From NCBI RefSeq assembly GCF_000143415.4, contig NW_003314263.1:2010749-2074748 (forward strand): a stretch of DNA of 64,000 nt, read 5' to 3'. The notes under the pieces were generated by a model. The model had not been told where the DNA came from. It ran no database searches and saw nothing but the letters and a program-made list of their open reading frames with translations. Source of the stretch: Selaginella moellendorffii. Taxonomy: Eukaryota; Plantae; Lycopodiophyta. This document shows positions 21,904-34,667 of the stretch, piece after piece; positions within the stretch are counted from its first letter, which is position 1, and the number at the start of each line of letters is the position of its first letter. The position numbers and the translations under genes are program-made.

Positions 21904-24900
21904 GTATCAGATTTAGGGTAATCATCTTTGCGGTTAAACTGTGAAATGGCGTCATCCTCCTCCTCCCAGGAGGTGTTTGATGGGGACAATTTTCTGGCCT
22001 GGCAAACATGCTCAGTTCTGGCTGATGTGTGGCCCATAGTTTCTGGAAGTAGGAAATGCCCTGACCAAGAAACTTGCACCAATGTTTGTACATCGTCAAC
22101 ACTGAGATTAAATCCCCTAGGTGCTAAACGCAGCTCAAAGATGCGTAATGATCTCCAAGACTCTCAATCATGAAACTCCAGCATCTCATCTTTGAATCTG
22201 GGTTTTCAGCTTCCCTTCTCACGAAAATAGGCCTAAGTGATCTGCACACCCAAGCCATCCATGTTTTTATTCGCCAAAGCGCCAACTATAAGTGTGAGTG
22301 TAATCGAATTTCTTTCTCACGAGGGCTCCCCTGTGCCAAGAATGCAATGACAATCACCCAACTTGTTGTGATTGTCAGAAACGCTTTGCAGATCATTACC
22401 TAAGGAGAATGCAATGACAATCACCTTACTTGTGATTGTCAGAAACGCTGATACGTCGGGGTTTAGCACAACAGGGGCAATCTCCATGCTTGGCCCCACT
22501 AAGAACGGGTGCAACCAGCCAGTGCCAAGGATTCGAGCATAAGCTTTGAGCATCAGCAGGCCCAAGTTGATCAGGGTCCGCCAGCCTTCGGGAGAAATGT
22601 GGAACGCATGCAACTGGTAATCTGCTCAACGATGCCTGGCTCCTTTAAAGGTCAAGCCAAAGCAAAGAATTAGGCTCCGTGCAACGGGAAACGAAATCAG
22701 GCAGTGCAAAAGCTCCATTCAGTCAGTAGAGGGTTTCAGACGAATTCTAAGCTGTCGAACATGAGAAGCGTAAAGATCTTGCTCTTCAAGGATTTATCCA
22801 AGTACAGGTTTAATAAGTCTTTAAGTTAGAGAGACTAAAGAAAATCAACGAAATTTTTTTATCAGATATTATACACACTGTTTAAACCATACCGATCACC
22901 ACCTTGATGCTCCTGCCTCGATCATCGCTGCACGTCGCTCTGTCCTCGACAGAGGCAGAGTACGTTGCCCTAACCGCTTTGGCTCGAGACTCCTTTGAAC
23001 GCCATTGCGCTGCACTGGGAGTTTGCTCTCCATCTGTTTCGGCTGGGTGGGAGGGGTAGTCCATGCTCAGCCGATCCAGCCAGAGTGGATCCCAAGAGTG
23101 AAAAATGCATCTTCGTGGGCTATCACACCCAGGTAAAAGCCTCTGGTGAGATGTGGTGTTTGATCTTTATCGAGATACCCTGAGACTCCCTCCCGTTTCT
23201 CCACCACCTCTGGTGGATCTTTCTGAGAGTTTGGATGCCGTTCCAATTCTCCTCCCAGCACCAGACAATCCAGCCGATGCAGAGCCAGGAGAAGTTACTG
23301 AAGGAGCGCCCGAAGGAGGCGATCTGGCAGGACGAGCTGATCACGGTACTTCTCTTCCTTCGACACCTCTTCTGACGACTCCACAGGCCACAGCGGCTGC
23401 ATCCTCAAGCACCAACGACCTGGAACAGCCAGATCTTTCCACGCTCGTGGCTGACCTGTTCGTTGGCGACAGAGTTATATCAAGATGCAGCATTCCTTTC
23501 CTCCAGCCGGCACAGCAGTGGTGACACGCTCGGGTCGTGTTGTGAAACCATCTCTCAAGGCCAAGGAGGCGATGGCTACAGGCAAGCGTGCCTACTTCTG
23601 GGCTATGACGGCTCCACCTGCCTCTCTCGGTCCCCAGGCGGCTCTGCACGGACCAGAAGCTGAGCACGGGCAGGAAGCCATGCAGGAGGAGTATGATTCT
23701 CTCCAGAAAAACAACACTTGGTCGCTGGTTGAACTTCCAGCTCGCAGAAAGCTCGTCTCATTGTTTAAGAAAAAGTACAACGCTGATGGAGCGCTACAAG
23801 GCTAGATTTGTGGCACGCAGATTTTCTCAAGTTCATGGGCTGGACTACTCGGGAGACTTACAGCCCCGTGGTGAAGCTCACAACCATTCGAATGCTACTA
23901 ATCTTAGCTGCAGAATTGGATCTCGAGCTCCATCAACTTCACGTTTATACTGCGTTCCTCAACGGCAACATCAATGAAGAGGTGTATGTGGCTCAGCCCC
24001 CTGGTTTTATCAAGCCACCTCGTTTGCAAGCTTAACAAAGCTCTCTACGGACTCAAGCAATGGTACACTGGAGCTAAGCCAGGCAAAATATGTTTCCGAC
24101 GTGCTCCAGAGGTATGGCCTTGCTCATGTTAATCCTGTTACTATCTGCTGATACCTTGATCAATCTCCCCAGCAATCTAGTCGCTCCGGCAGCCTGATCT
24201 ACCTGGTAATCTCCACTCGGCCTGACCTTTGGGCACAGTGGCGAAGTACTTGGACCGTCCCTCCGCAGCACACTGGCAGGCTTTGAAACGAGGTACAACT
24301 TTGAAGTACTCCAGAGGCGAGAGCAGCAATAAGCTGACTGGTTACTCTGATGGTGATCCAGACAACAGGAAGTCAACCACCACAGGCTACGTTTTCCTGC
24401 TAAATGGAAATGTCGCAAGCTGGTGCAGCAAACGACAGGCTATTACAGTGATTTCAAGTACCGAGGCTGAGTACATTGCAGCAGCTGCAACCAAGGAAGC
24501 AGCGTGGCTGAAGGGACTTCCTCCAGAATCTACAAATTAACACAGGTGTGGTCAAGCTATTGTGTGACAACCAGTCTAGCCTTGACCAAGAACTCCAGGT
24601 TCCACTCTTGTACTAAATACATTGAGCTGCACTTCTACTTTATACGAGAGCAGATCCAAAGAGGACTGATCAAGCTGGAGTTCTGCCTGACAAACCCCAT
24701 TCTCGAAACCACTTCCTCGTGTCAAACATGGAGTCTTCACGAAGGCTCCTTTAGACGTTGGCCTTGAGGAGTGCAAGACCACGTCAGCGATCCAGACGCT
24801 GCCAAGGATCGTCATGATAAACTCATACATTTAACAATGTATGAACCAACAACAACACAACACCGTTTCATAATACCACACCGAGAGCTTGTTTGATCCT

Positions 24901-25499
24901 TACAAGACAATCCTGGGTGGATATTGGAGTTTATAGTTTGGCATTGGAGATCAGGTGGATAGGAACAGCCTCAAGCTCTTCCAGGCTACAAGTACGTCTT
25001 TTCTTGTTTCTTTCTTTGCTCTTCCTTGTAACCTGTCTTCACGGCAGATTGTTGGTCGAACGAACAACTACCAAAGTGCACAACTTGTCCATGGCACACG
25101 GAAGAAAAATTAGTGAATATATGCACTAAGAATACTCACTATCGTTTTACTGAAACTACTTGGCGGAAGTCCTGCAAAAGGTAGATGGGGATTTGCCATG
25201 ATCACGTTCTTCTTTCAGGCCTCGTTCGTGGTTGGTGGATTACAGCGCTTAGTATTCAGTACCATTTCCTCAAGCACCTGCACATCGTGCACAAAATCGT
25301 AAGGAACAAAGCATTTTTTTGTTCTCAAAGACTGAATTGTCTACTTTGCAGGCCTTACTACTTGCACTACACAAAACCAAACTTACATTGGAACAAACGA
25401 GCTTTGCAGTCGACTATCCATGACAGCGTTTGCTCTCAGTTGTATGCTTTTGGCATTCCAGATTGACAAACTCTTTGACTGTTTGCAGGCCAAGGTCCA

Positions 25500-26600
25500 C
25501 ACACCAGATGTTCAGCAGCTGACTTCTTCACTCTGCAACTACATCCGAGTCAGTTGGACTCTGCGTGAGGGATAAAGTCCTGATTCCGTGCTCTACACTC
25601 ATGTGCACGAAAATATCGAGGACTCGAGTGGATTTACCTCGACCTCCCAAGCCCGCAGGTCGCTGTTATCAGCAGGTTCTTGAGCTTCAGGGATGTTTCA
25701 ATCGTGCCATTTAGTACCTGTTTCTTGGAATGCAATAGTAAACAGAAGTTAATCTTTCATTCTACTTACATAGCAACTTCCATCGTTACACTATAGTCAC
25801 CAACTTCTTCCTTTAGTCACTGTTAACGTGTCCGACAGAGTCTCCTTCGGATGGTTTCCAACCTGCATTTTTGCGATGGTAAACCTGTTGTGGATCATAA
25901 TATGTGCAAATCTCCTTCAACGCTTTCTGAATGCATATGACTCTGGCTACCACCTCCTGGCGCGCAATATCTGATGGACTCAAGCTCTGTAGGTAACACA
26001 GGGCAAGGAACCATCCTTCAACAATTTTAACCTGCATAAATTGGTGAGAGATGTTCTGCTCGAGTTATTTTACCCGAGCAGAAAGATCCATATCACTGGC
26101 ACTGGCTACAAGGAACTCTTGGTAAGACATAAGTGAGCCGTTGTCCTTTGTAACACACTCTGCCATAAGCTTTTGTTCCCCACCAAAGAGATGGAAGATT
26201 GGAGATGCAACCAGATCAGTTGCGAAAGAATTCCTTACATCTCTCAAAAGCATCATGGCAATGCTCTTCTCGGTGAGGGTGTGAACCTTCCCTAGCACAT
26301 TGAAGTGGTGCCAGAAGTATGCAAAGAACCGATAACACCAATAGCTTTGCCCATTCCTACAAACACAAAATATTTTCAAAAGGATTTTTAACTAAAACAT
26401 TACCTGATGTAGCGAAGCACATTGTGAGCGACCATCTCTAGTAATTCCTATAGCTCTGATGTCACTCGTCATCGTTGGCCACCGGTAAGTCTCTCCACGC
26501 CTCCTTCCCTTGCGTAGATCTTCATACAATCAGTGCGTTTGCGTCACATAGGGGATGACGATAAGGTGTTCTTGAGCTGCTTTCACCTGATGAAACTTAT
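25500..26600 (-). pseudogene. Unidentified spliced gene remnant
   Basis: Short exon-like minus-strand ORFs (25813-26037, 26065-26379) with plausible GT/AG boundaries and stops in adjacent segments; no family recognised. Confidence 0.3.
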
Positions 26601-27423
26601 ACCACTGCAACGCAAAACCAAATAAAGACCCCAAAATCCCCATCGCACCACCGACAATCGCTACAAGAGTCATGCTTCACTCTTTCGCGATCGCTTGCCC
26701 TAGCGCCGGAGAAGAGAGATCGGGAAGAGAGAGGAGCTACCCTGCAGAGAACGCGGCACGATGCGGTGGGGAAGTCTGAGTAGCCGCTGGTGTACCATGG
26801 TGGCAAGCTAGAGGCAAATGGGAGGTCTGTATCTCCGGGGTGAGAACTGCGGTTGGCGAGACACTGCTCGAGTATTCCAAACAGATTGGAAGCCACTGCT
26901 ACATCCTCCCAGGCCGCAGACTTTGACACGAAAACGGGCTGGAAGGCGGATGATCCAGACACTGGAATGGAAAGCCATGAATCCAGCATCCGGCATTTCT
27001 CAAACTTCGCTCCACAATCGCGAAACCGGAATGGTGTCATCCTCTGTCCCAGAGCCTGTTACGAGCAGGAAAAAGTGGACAGACTTAGAATTGGTCACAT
27101 TGACTTACCATCTCATTGGTCACACAGACTTACCATCTCTTATTTTATAACCAGCAGCTGCGACCATGTCTCCATCTCTAATCCTCGCAGCCTGCGAGCA
27201 TACGAACGATATAAAACTCTAGGATACAAACGCTATGCTGACATGGCGAGATCGATCAGCTGACGTGGCATGTCAATGGCTCAGATTGAAACAACCCAAG
27301 GAAAAAAGAGAGGGTTTAAGATTTTACAAATAAATACATTGGGCTTAAGCCAAATAAAACAGGCACTCAAAGTGCTTGCTCTTTGGAGTTTATTTTGCTC
27401 CTCCTAGGCACACTCCCCAGCGA

Positions 27424-30400
27424 TCAAAACAGTGGCTCGCGGATTGTTTGAGCCAGCACCGATGAACTGTAGTCGAGGCTGTGCGACGCGACCTGGAATG
27501 GAAATCAATCAAGTTTGCCCAGCGACAGAAAACGAAGAAGGCTTACCATCGCAGTCAAGGCCGCGTAACGCTCGTCACTTAGAAACAGTGGCTTCCCCCT
27601 CCGCATGTCTTGATCCTGAATTTTGGAAATGGAAATGTAAGTAGGCGGTGCGGTCGAGAAAAAGTTTTGCAGCTGTGGAGGAAACGCTTACCTCCTCGCC
27701 ATAAGCATCTAGATATGGTGACGGCCACATTGTCTGCCGCTCGCGGCGGAGAAGTAGAACGTTTGTTTTCTGGAAAGAACAAGAGCTTAGACAAAGCCAC
27801 GCTCGAAGAGGAGAACTATACTTACTCGGAGCATGAGATAGACGCCGACGCCACCCCCGCAAGAAATAGCGTGACGATAGCATTCGCTTTGCATTTGTAC
27901 GCTGCAAATAAGAAAGCAATTCCAATCAGACGAACGCGAGAGAAAGAATCAGAGCTGGACAAACCTGCAACAACCGTTTGTGCCAGTCCCGCAACATAGT
28001 CTTCCACACAGCAAGCACAGCACCGGCCTTTCGGGTACTGTTTTGCAGCGGGGGCAGCATTCCTTCACATATCTACACAGAAAATTGAGAACGCAAGGTT
28101 GATGGTCACGGAAGAAAACAGAAAAATGAATGAAAAAAAACACCTTTGAATCAGGTCTTGGAAAAGTCGGGGGAGAACCATCAGCTGCAGAGCTACCGCT
28201 CGCACTGGTCTTGGAACGATGGAGAAGCTGCGTGAGCCTGTTTCACTCTGAAGGTGTTGGCACCACTTGACGACGAGATTCTGCACCGCCTCTTCTGACA
28301 ATATGGCTTGCATCGGAGGGATGGAAAATCGTCTCTCCAGCTCCTCAACCTCCTTCATCTCCACAGCTTCTGTGTCTCTAGAGCTCTCGGCAGCCTCTCG
28401 ATAAGCAGAGCTTGAGAGGTGGTTGTAAACATTTGAAAGCTCCCAGCTGTTCGACCCTGCAACGGGCACTGGCTGAGAAGTACCAGAAATCACAGTCTGT
28501 AGCAACGCGCAGCGTCTGAGGTAAGGCAACGTAAAGAGCCGAATCTGTTCGAACTGTAGCGGCGCAGTCACAGGTCCTTCCGGAGATTGAAGTGCGATGC
28601 AGGTGTCTGCCAGTGTTGCATGGATGACTGCTAGAAAGTTTTGCAAATGCGCAGGAACGCTATCATCCACCACATATCTTCCCATTGATGCCAAGCACTG
28701 AAAGAGATGCCTGTGTTAGTGTCGTAAAACTAGAAAAATACTTGCACTTACTTGAACCAAGCAGACTAAATAAAACAAATGAACGAGTGCGGTGAGCGGT
28801 CCTTCCCGTGCCGGTATTGGCAATGGAAGTACGTAAAGCAGGCACATCAAGGAAGAGAAGGGATCGTGTGCAAGCACAGGATCAGCCACACGCTTCCAAA
28901 ACTGTATATCGGCCGAATCACGGCCCTTTTCCAAAAAGTGTAACAAAGAGCTCAAATGACCTGCATGCACGTAAGCTGTCAATACATGCGAACCAAAAGC
29001 CTGTGATCTTACCTTTAGACATCGGTTCGGACAAGAAATCCAGAGACGTGCCATGACAAACTGATCCCACCATCAGCTGCATACCCCGTGACCTGAGTAG
29101 AACAATTTGCCGGCTGTGTGTCAGAGTTAAGTTGGCTGCCAGAGAGAGCAAAGGTAGAGTAGACCCGCGTGACGCCTCTGACGCTTCCTCCAAAGCAACT
29201 AATCTGCTGGCTGCATCATGATTACCGAGGATGAGACTCCTTGTACGTGCTGCCAACTCCGCGGACATAATGCTGTACCGGAGCAAGTCCCAGAGAAACA
29301 AGCCTTGGCAGTTTCTTCCTTCGGAAGTGTAAAGTTTCTCCTTCTCCAGGCAGTATAGCGCAGAAAGCCGCTTTGACACGGACTCCAGTACCATCCTCAG
29401 CGGATCTGCGAGTTTCCTCGAGACTGAGTTCCGAAACCCGGGCCTGGCAACCAGCTCTTGCGCGCTAACCATTAACGAACACGCTTGCTCCAGTCTAAAC
29501 CCCTCGACAGCGTCAGCAACAAAGGGAGTTCGTGCAGAGGGATCTAAAACTGGAAGAATGGAGTTTGACAGCCGACGACAGACCGGACATAGGAACTCTC
29601 CCTGCAAAATCACAGTTAAGATGTAGATAGTTGCTACAAAAACTTACTAAATAACGAACCAGGTCTGGATCCACAATCTGTACTCCTTCGAACAAGGATC
29701 TACTGTAATACCTGTAGCACCACCAAAGTTTAGGTAGAAGAACTAAAGAGAGAGAGAGAAAAAAACGTACCTTTGTAGTAGGGAAGCGTAATAGCGCTCA
29801 ACACATTCGTAATGAGCAGCGTGGCCACAGGCAGAAAGGTGCAGTCCGATAAAATCAAGCCCGACATCCCTGTAGACTTTGCTCTCTATACCATAGCGGC
29901 GACGGTTCCCGCGTGGAGGGTCTTCCGGTTGAGGCTGGAGTTCAGATTGTGAACGAGAGACCGCTGCCACGTACTCAGCCAGAACTGTGATCAGAGTCTC
30001 ATTGTTGTCTGTCGATTCTTTGTTAGACACCATTTCCGCAAGTTCCCACCACCATTTCGGATCGACAGGATGGCTTGACTCGCCATAGGTATCATCGAGG
30101 CTTGCATCTGTATCCACCTCAATTCCACTAGTAGTAGCCGGAAACCGCTCTGTGTTGAGTATACTCGGTAATCCTCCCCGAAGAAGTTCAACAAAATCGT
30201 CGCGGTTGGTCAGCCTGTCCACGTTCGGATCTGCCGCAGCTCCCTCGAGCCACTGCCTAAGTTCCAAAATCAAGTTTTCCGCCTCCCTTCGTACCAAGGT
30301 TTGGGAAGCGCTATTGTCATCTTCTGCAGTTGGAGTATCGTCCACAACTCTTGAAGGTTTGTCCCAAGAAGGAACTGGCTTTTGCGAAAGTGCAAGCAAC

Positions 30401-33400
30401 CTGGACTTCTGCGAAATTTCAAAGCACGAGTCAGGAACCGGATTGCCAGGTTACCCTGAGATTACCTGGACTAAAGTCAGCATACACAACGGGCTGGTAG
30501 AACTTCTGTCGCGACACAAAGCACACAAAGGTGTGCCTGTCTCATTCATGTCATCGTCAGCTAATGTTTCTCGAGGACGTTTACCCTCAGTCTTACTGGT
30601 GTCAAGCTTGTTTGAACTTTTCGAGCTTTCTACACTCGCCATGAACTTCTCTTGAGCCGCTCTCATTTTCGCCTACACAAGTGCGCAGTAAGAAAACTTC
30701 CATATTAGCAGAAATAAAAGACAAACCATCATCGCAGCTTGACGCTCCCGAGCGTGAGCTCGTTTCTTCTCTATGTCGGAAAGCTCTGCTTGCAGTTCGT
30801 CCTGCGACGTTCCCTCCGCCTTGGAGGACGAGTCGGTGGATACACGATGTAATATCTCCGGCGCAAGTGACTCGATCGCGTACATACACTGACGGTCTAG
30901 CTCGGCAAAGTTGTGTAGCAGTTTCTTGATGAAGCAGCCGACGTTGGACTGGCTTGTTTCAGAGATAATAAGTTGCGCCCCTTCGCTTGCAATATATTTT
31001 CTCATAAGTATCACCAATAACGAAAGAGTGCTCTGCCGATCAAATAGTTGCGTGCCGTCTGCCCCGCCAACATGCACAAACTCCGGAGCGAGAGCTAGAA
31101 GCGGGGGACGATCGACAGATGATATAGAAGGCCCCGAGACTGATGAAGCTTCCGCTGAGCTTTTGTTGGCAAAAGTGTTGCAGACGTCAAGCCCAAGTGA
31201 TAAAAGGTGAAGGGCAGTAAATAATAAGCTTTCAGGTGCCCGAGACTCCGAAAGGTTCGGCGAGAAAGCAGCGTGGAAAAAGAGAGCTCGCAATATCTCA
31301 TGAACCTTGGCCGACACAGCGATCTTGGAAAGACTCTGTAATGGTAGAAATGGCTTACGCCAGCGAGGTGGTTGACAAAAATGTGCCGATGCCTTGCATG
31401 CCCGTAAGTAGCGTTCTTCAGCCGACTGTAATTCTCGAGGTGTCCATCGAGGGTGATAAAGGTCTAGCTCTCGCCAGCTCTGTTCGCGTAAGACATATTT
31501 ACCCTGCAGGAAACGCGCCAACCAATGTTACAGTACGTAGAGACAAAATATCCTTTCATACCTGTTGCATGCCATGAGGTCTTTTATAGTTGGCCACTGC
31601 TTCCAACGTTTCTTGCATATGCTCATTATCTCGAAGCCGCGGAGGCAATGCATTCGTCAGGGAGCTGTGCGAGGCATCCCCTATTGCCAGGCGTTGAATA
31701 AGTTCCCTACGTAACGATTCTTTCGGCGAAAGACCACAGAAGCCACGTTCTGAAATAATACGAATGAGCAGAACTAACATCTCTTGTGCCAGGACTGGCT
31801 CGTATCTGTTTCAACAAAAAGAAAAAAAATGTCGGGTGAAAAAAAATATATGCAGAGTTAAAATCTTACTCATTCGGCTTCCACAAGTACAGTGAGAAGT
31901 ACTCTGCAAGGCCGAAACAAGTGAAAACTCGTCCCGCAAACTCTTCCGCGGGCGCCATGGACGCGCAGCATTGCAGCATGAACAGGTCGAGCTCTAAACT
32001 GTCTTCACACCTGCTAGATATAAAGTCAATTGCAAATGGATGTCTAGCAAGTCGCACTAACCATTCCACTGACCATGGCACGGCACGATAGATGTCGCAG
32101 AGGCCTACAATGGAGTGACCATTACGACGCCACATCCCAGCATGTACTTGAGAGCATAACACCTGAATTCGAAGAGGATGTTCCATCAGCAAAGCTGGCA
32201 GTCCGGTAACACGAAAAGCTTCGGGAAATAGCTGCAGTAGAGTGCCAGAGGGAGAGGTCGGAGGAGAAGCACTAATCTGGGACTCGTATTCCTCCAGAGC
32301 TTTCTGAAGCAGGAGACCGAGCATTCTGTGAAGCGGGATGTGAAACGAAACCTCTTGCTTGCCAACATCGAACTCCAAGGCCGGCCATTCGTTATCTCCC
32401 GTCAGCAAACTCGAAGACGTTCCCTCGGGTTCCAAAGATGCTCCCATCCACCACCATTCGCTCGTCTCACTCGTATCTGATGATCCATCTATGTCCATCT
32501 CGCTAGCCTCGGACGCTGGCTCTGCAGCTTCAGGTACTGCTCTAACAGCCTCGAGACTTCTTCTTGAAGTGTAGTCCCTGTGCCTGACAGCGTTTGTGAA
32601 TTGCCGATCACGCGTCATCCCCCGAGCTAGCCTTACACGCGGTTGAATCTTTCTTCTCAGCCCAGCGTCCCCTCTGGCCGCCCCAGATGCAAGCTTGGCG
32701 GCCTTGCCAGCTTCTCTTGCTTGATCCGCAGCAAACCAAAGGTCGAGAACACCAACACATTCAGCTATCAACCAGATGAGCGCTTTAGAAAGCTTCGCGC
32801 CTTCCACAATGCAGAAGGCCTCTGTGCTGTGCTCTTCACTTCCGGCTGCTACAGCACCCTGTATACCAACCTGTATACCACCCTGCGCCTGGGTATCACT
32901 TCCCCAACTTGTATCATTTCCCGTAAGACATGTACCCGCGACGAACAGCCGGTGGATGTTGGCCATCTGTGTTTCCAAGAGAAATGCAGCAACCCAGTCT
33001 TCACTCTCTTCCTCGATGTGGATACTTGTGATTCTCTTCTGGGGATACATACCTTGGATGAAAGCCAAAAAGTGCAACCACGTCCTGCACAGTTGCGGAA
33101 ATTCGTGTATTATGTACTGCGCCACCTTCAAGTGACTCATAACATAACGTACATCTTCTACTGCTCGCATGTATGCACGCTCTTGGATGGCAGGCCTAGT
33201 AACCTGTCAGCAAAGCACAGGAAATTAGAACCGACCCCAAAGCAAAGGCATGCCTTACCACAAACCGTCCATCGTCGCCGATACAGGACACAAAGAAATC
33301 CTTCAGTATGCCGAAGAGCATATCCAGGAGCTTCCACTCTACTACAAGACGAGGAGTGAGCGTCGGCACGGTGAAGATCTGTACCGAGAAGCTGCCAAGT

Positions 33401-34529
33401 ATGCTGTGCTCCCTTGGCTGCCTTGCCAACATCTGTTCTTCTTGCAGAGACTCACGTAGAAACTTGGGGTAGCGCTTGATAAAAGTCTGAGCAAACCGGT
33501 ACTTGAAGTTTGGATCCCCGAGTAGCTTATAGAGCAACTCATGCAGCTTCGTATAGACGTTTTTCGGCAGAAGAAACTCAGCAGTGAGCAGGATGTCGAG
33601 CAAGCCGATATCACTGCTACTCAGCTTCTCGGCCGTGAAGCTCAGCATACTTTCGCTACAGTTGCAAAACTCCAGCAGCAAGCTGATAATACTCATCGAC
33701 AGCGGCGACGCAAGCTTCTCCTCCGGGCTCATAGTCGACCACTTCCTAGGCCTTCCGGAAGAAGCCGTCACAGCAGCCGAGAGCCTGTCCTTCCATTCCA
33801 GCAGCATTGCCTCCAGCACCGGACCCAACCGAGCCACCATACCCTCGGACAGTGGAGGGACTTTCCCGGGTCCCCGATGTCTCGAGCAAAATCCACTTTC
33901 CTTCCAGGCAGTACCATCACCGCAGTCGCAGCATCCACCGCTAGTCCGGATCATCGAGTAGTCGTGCGTACTGTGATCGCCAGCTTGAAAGCACGGTACA
34001 CAGATAGCACAAGTTGGATCGTGCTCGCAAGTGTGGCACCGGTAAGCTATGTCGTTCACCCCCCATACTGCTCCACACACGCCTCTAGCGCCACACTGTG
34101 CCTTCACCTCTTCCAGCCCGGACGCTAAATCCCTGTCAAAGGCGCACCATAACAGCCACCCCAGCGCCTCCCGGCATTGAGCCTGGATGGCCTGGCGAGC
34201 CGAGAGTAGCTGGCTATCATCGCTGCCCTCCGGCGTCAAGAGCTCCACCTCTGGATTTTCCGGAAGAATCACCGTCGCCAAGCGCCGCAGCTCCGCCGGA
34301 TGCTCCCTCACATACTCGCCGAATCCCTGCCGCTGCCTCCTCGCCAAATCCTCTGGAAATCCCGATCCAGCAAGCCTCTGCCATGATCGAAACACTCGAT
34401 TTCAGCTCACATTCGATCCCGATGGAGAAATACCTGGACGATTTGATCGGCCACAGCGGCGGTAGCGAGCCCGTCCAGTGCCGGTTCCACGTCCTCCTCG
34501 TCTTGGCCTCCAATCCGCCCTCGCAGCAT
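27424..34529 (-). CDS. PRT6: E3 ubiquitin ligase PROTEOLYSIS 6 (UBR1-like N-recognin), multi-exon
   Basis: UBR box (CGAVWGVNDIAYRCHTCEHDPTCAICVPCF..H..HDY..GGCCDCGD); VSFHIPLHR; GMWRRNG; split RING (CALC..CGHAAHYEC..GEFLCPVCRRLSNSILP); C-terminal WPSPYLDAYGEE. ATG at 34529 with a short first exon; stop TGA at 27424-27426. Confidence 0.95.
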
Positions 34530-34667
34530 CGCCGCGATCCCAAATCGTCGCGCTATCGCTATCGCTATCGCCGCATCCAAACCCTACCACGACCTATTCA
34601 CTCGATGAGATCTTACAACGCTGTGCTAGCCCTAATAACAGGGGAGAGAGGGCGGCAAGAGCCAGGG

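Larger units (their letters stand above)
19750..24904 (+). mobile_element. Scrambled, heavily decayed Ty1/copia remnants from at least two elements; boundaries approximate
   Basis: Gag zinc knuckle split by a hAT; CEPCLMGKQQR and RSDGGGKY integrase motifs; PBS-like TGGTATCAGA at ~21903 followed by gag start FDGDNFLAW; DPKSEKCIFVGY; RT (AMQEEYDSLQKNNTWSLV, YKARFVAR, TYSPVVK); RNase H (GYSD, SSTEAEY, FYFIREQI). No paired LTRs found. Confidence 0.85.

Noticed and set aside
34098-34667. N-terminal 190 aa of the 1071 aa PPR ORF
   Set aside because: Non-ATG start, low-complexity sequence antisense to PRT6 exons 1-2; probably not translated.
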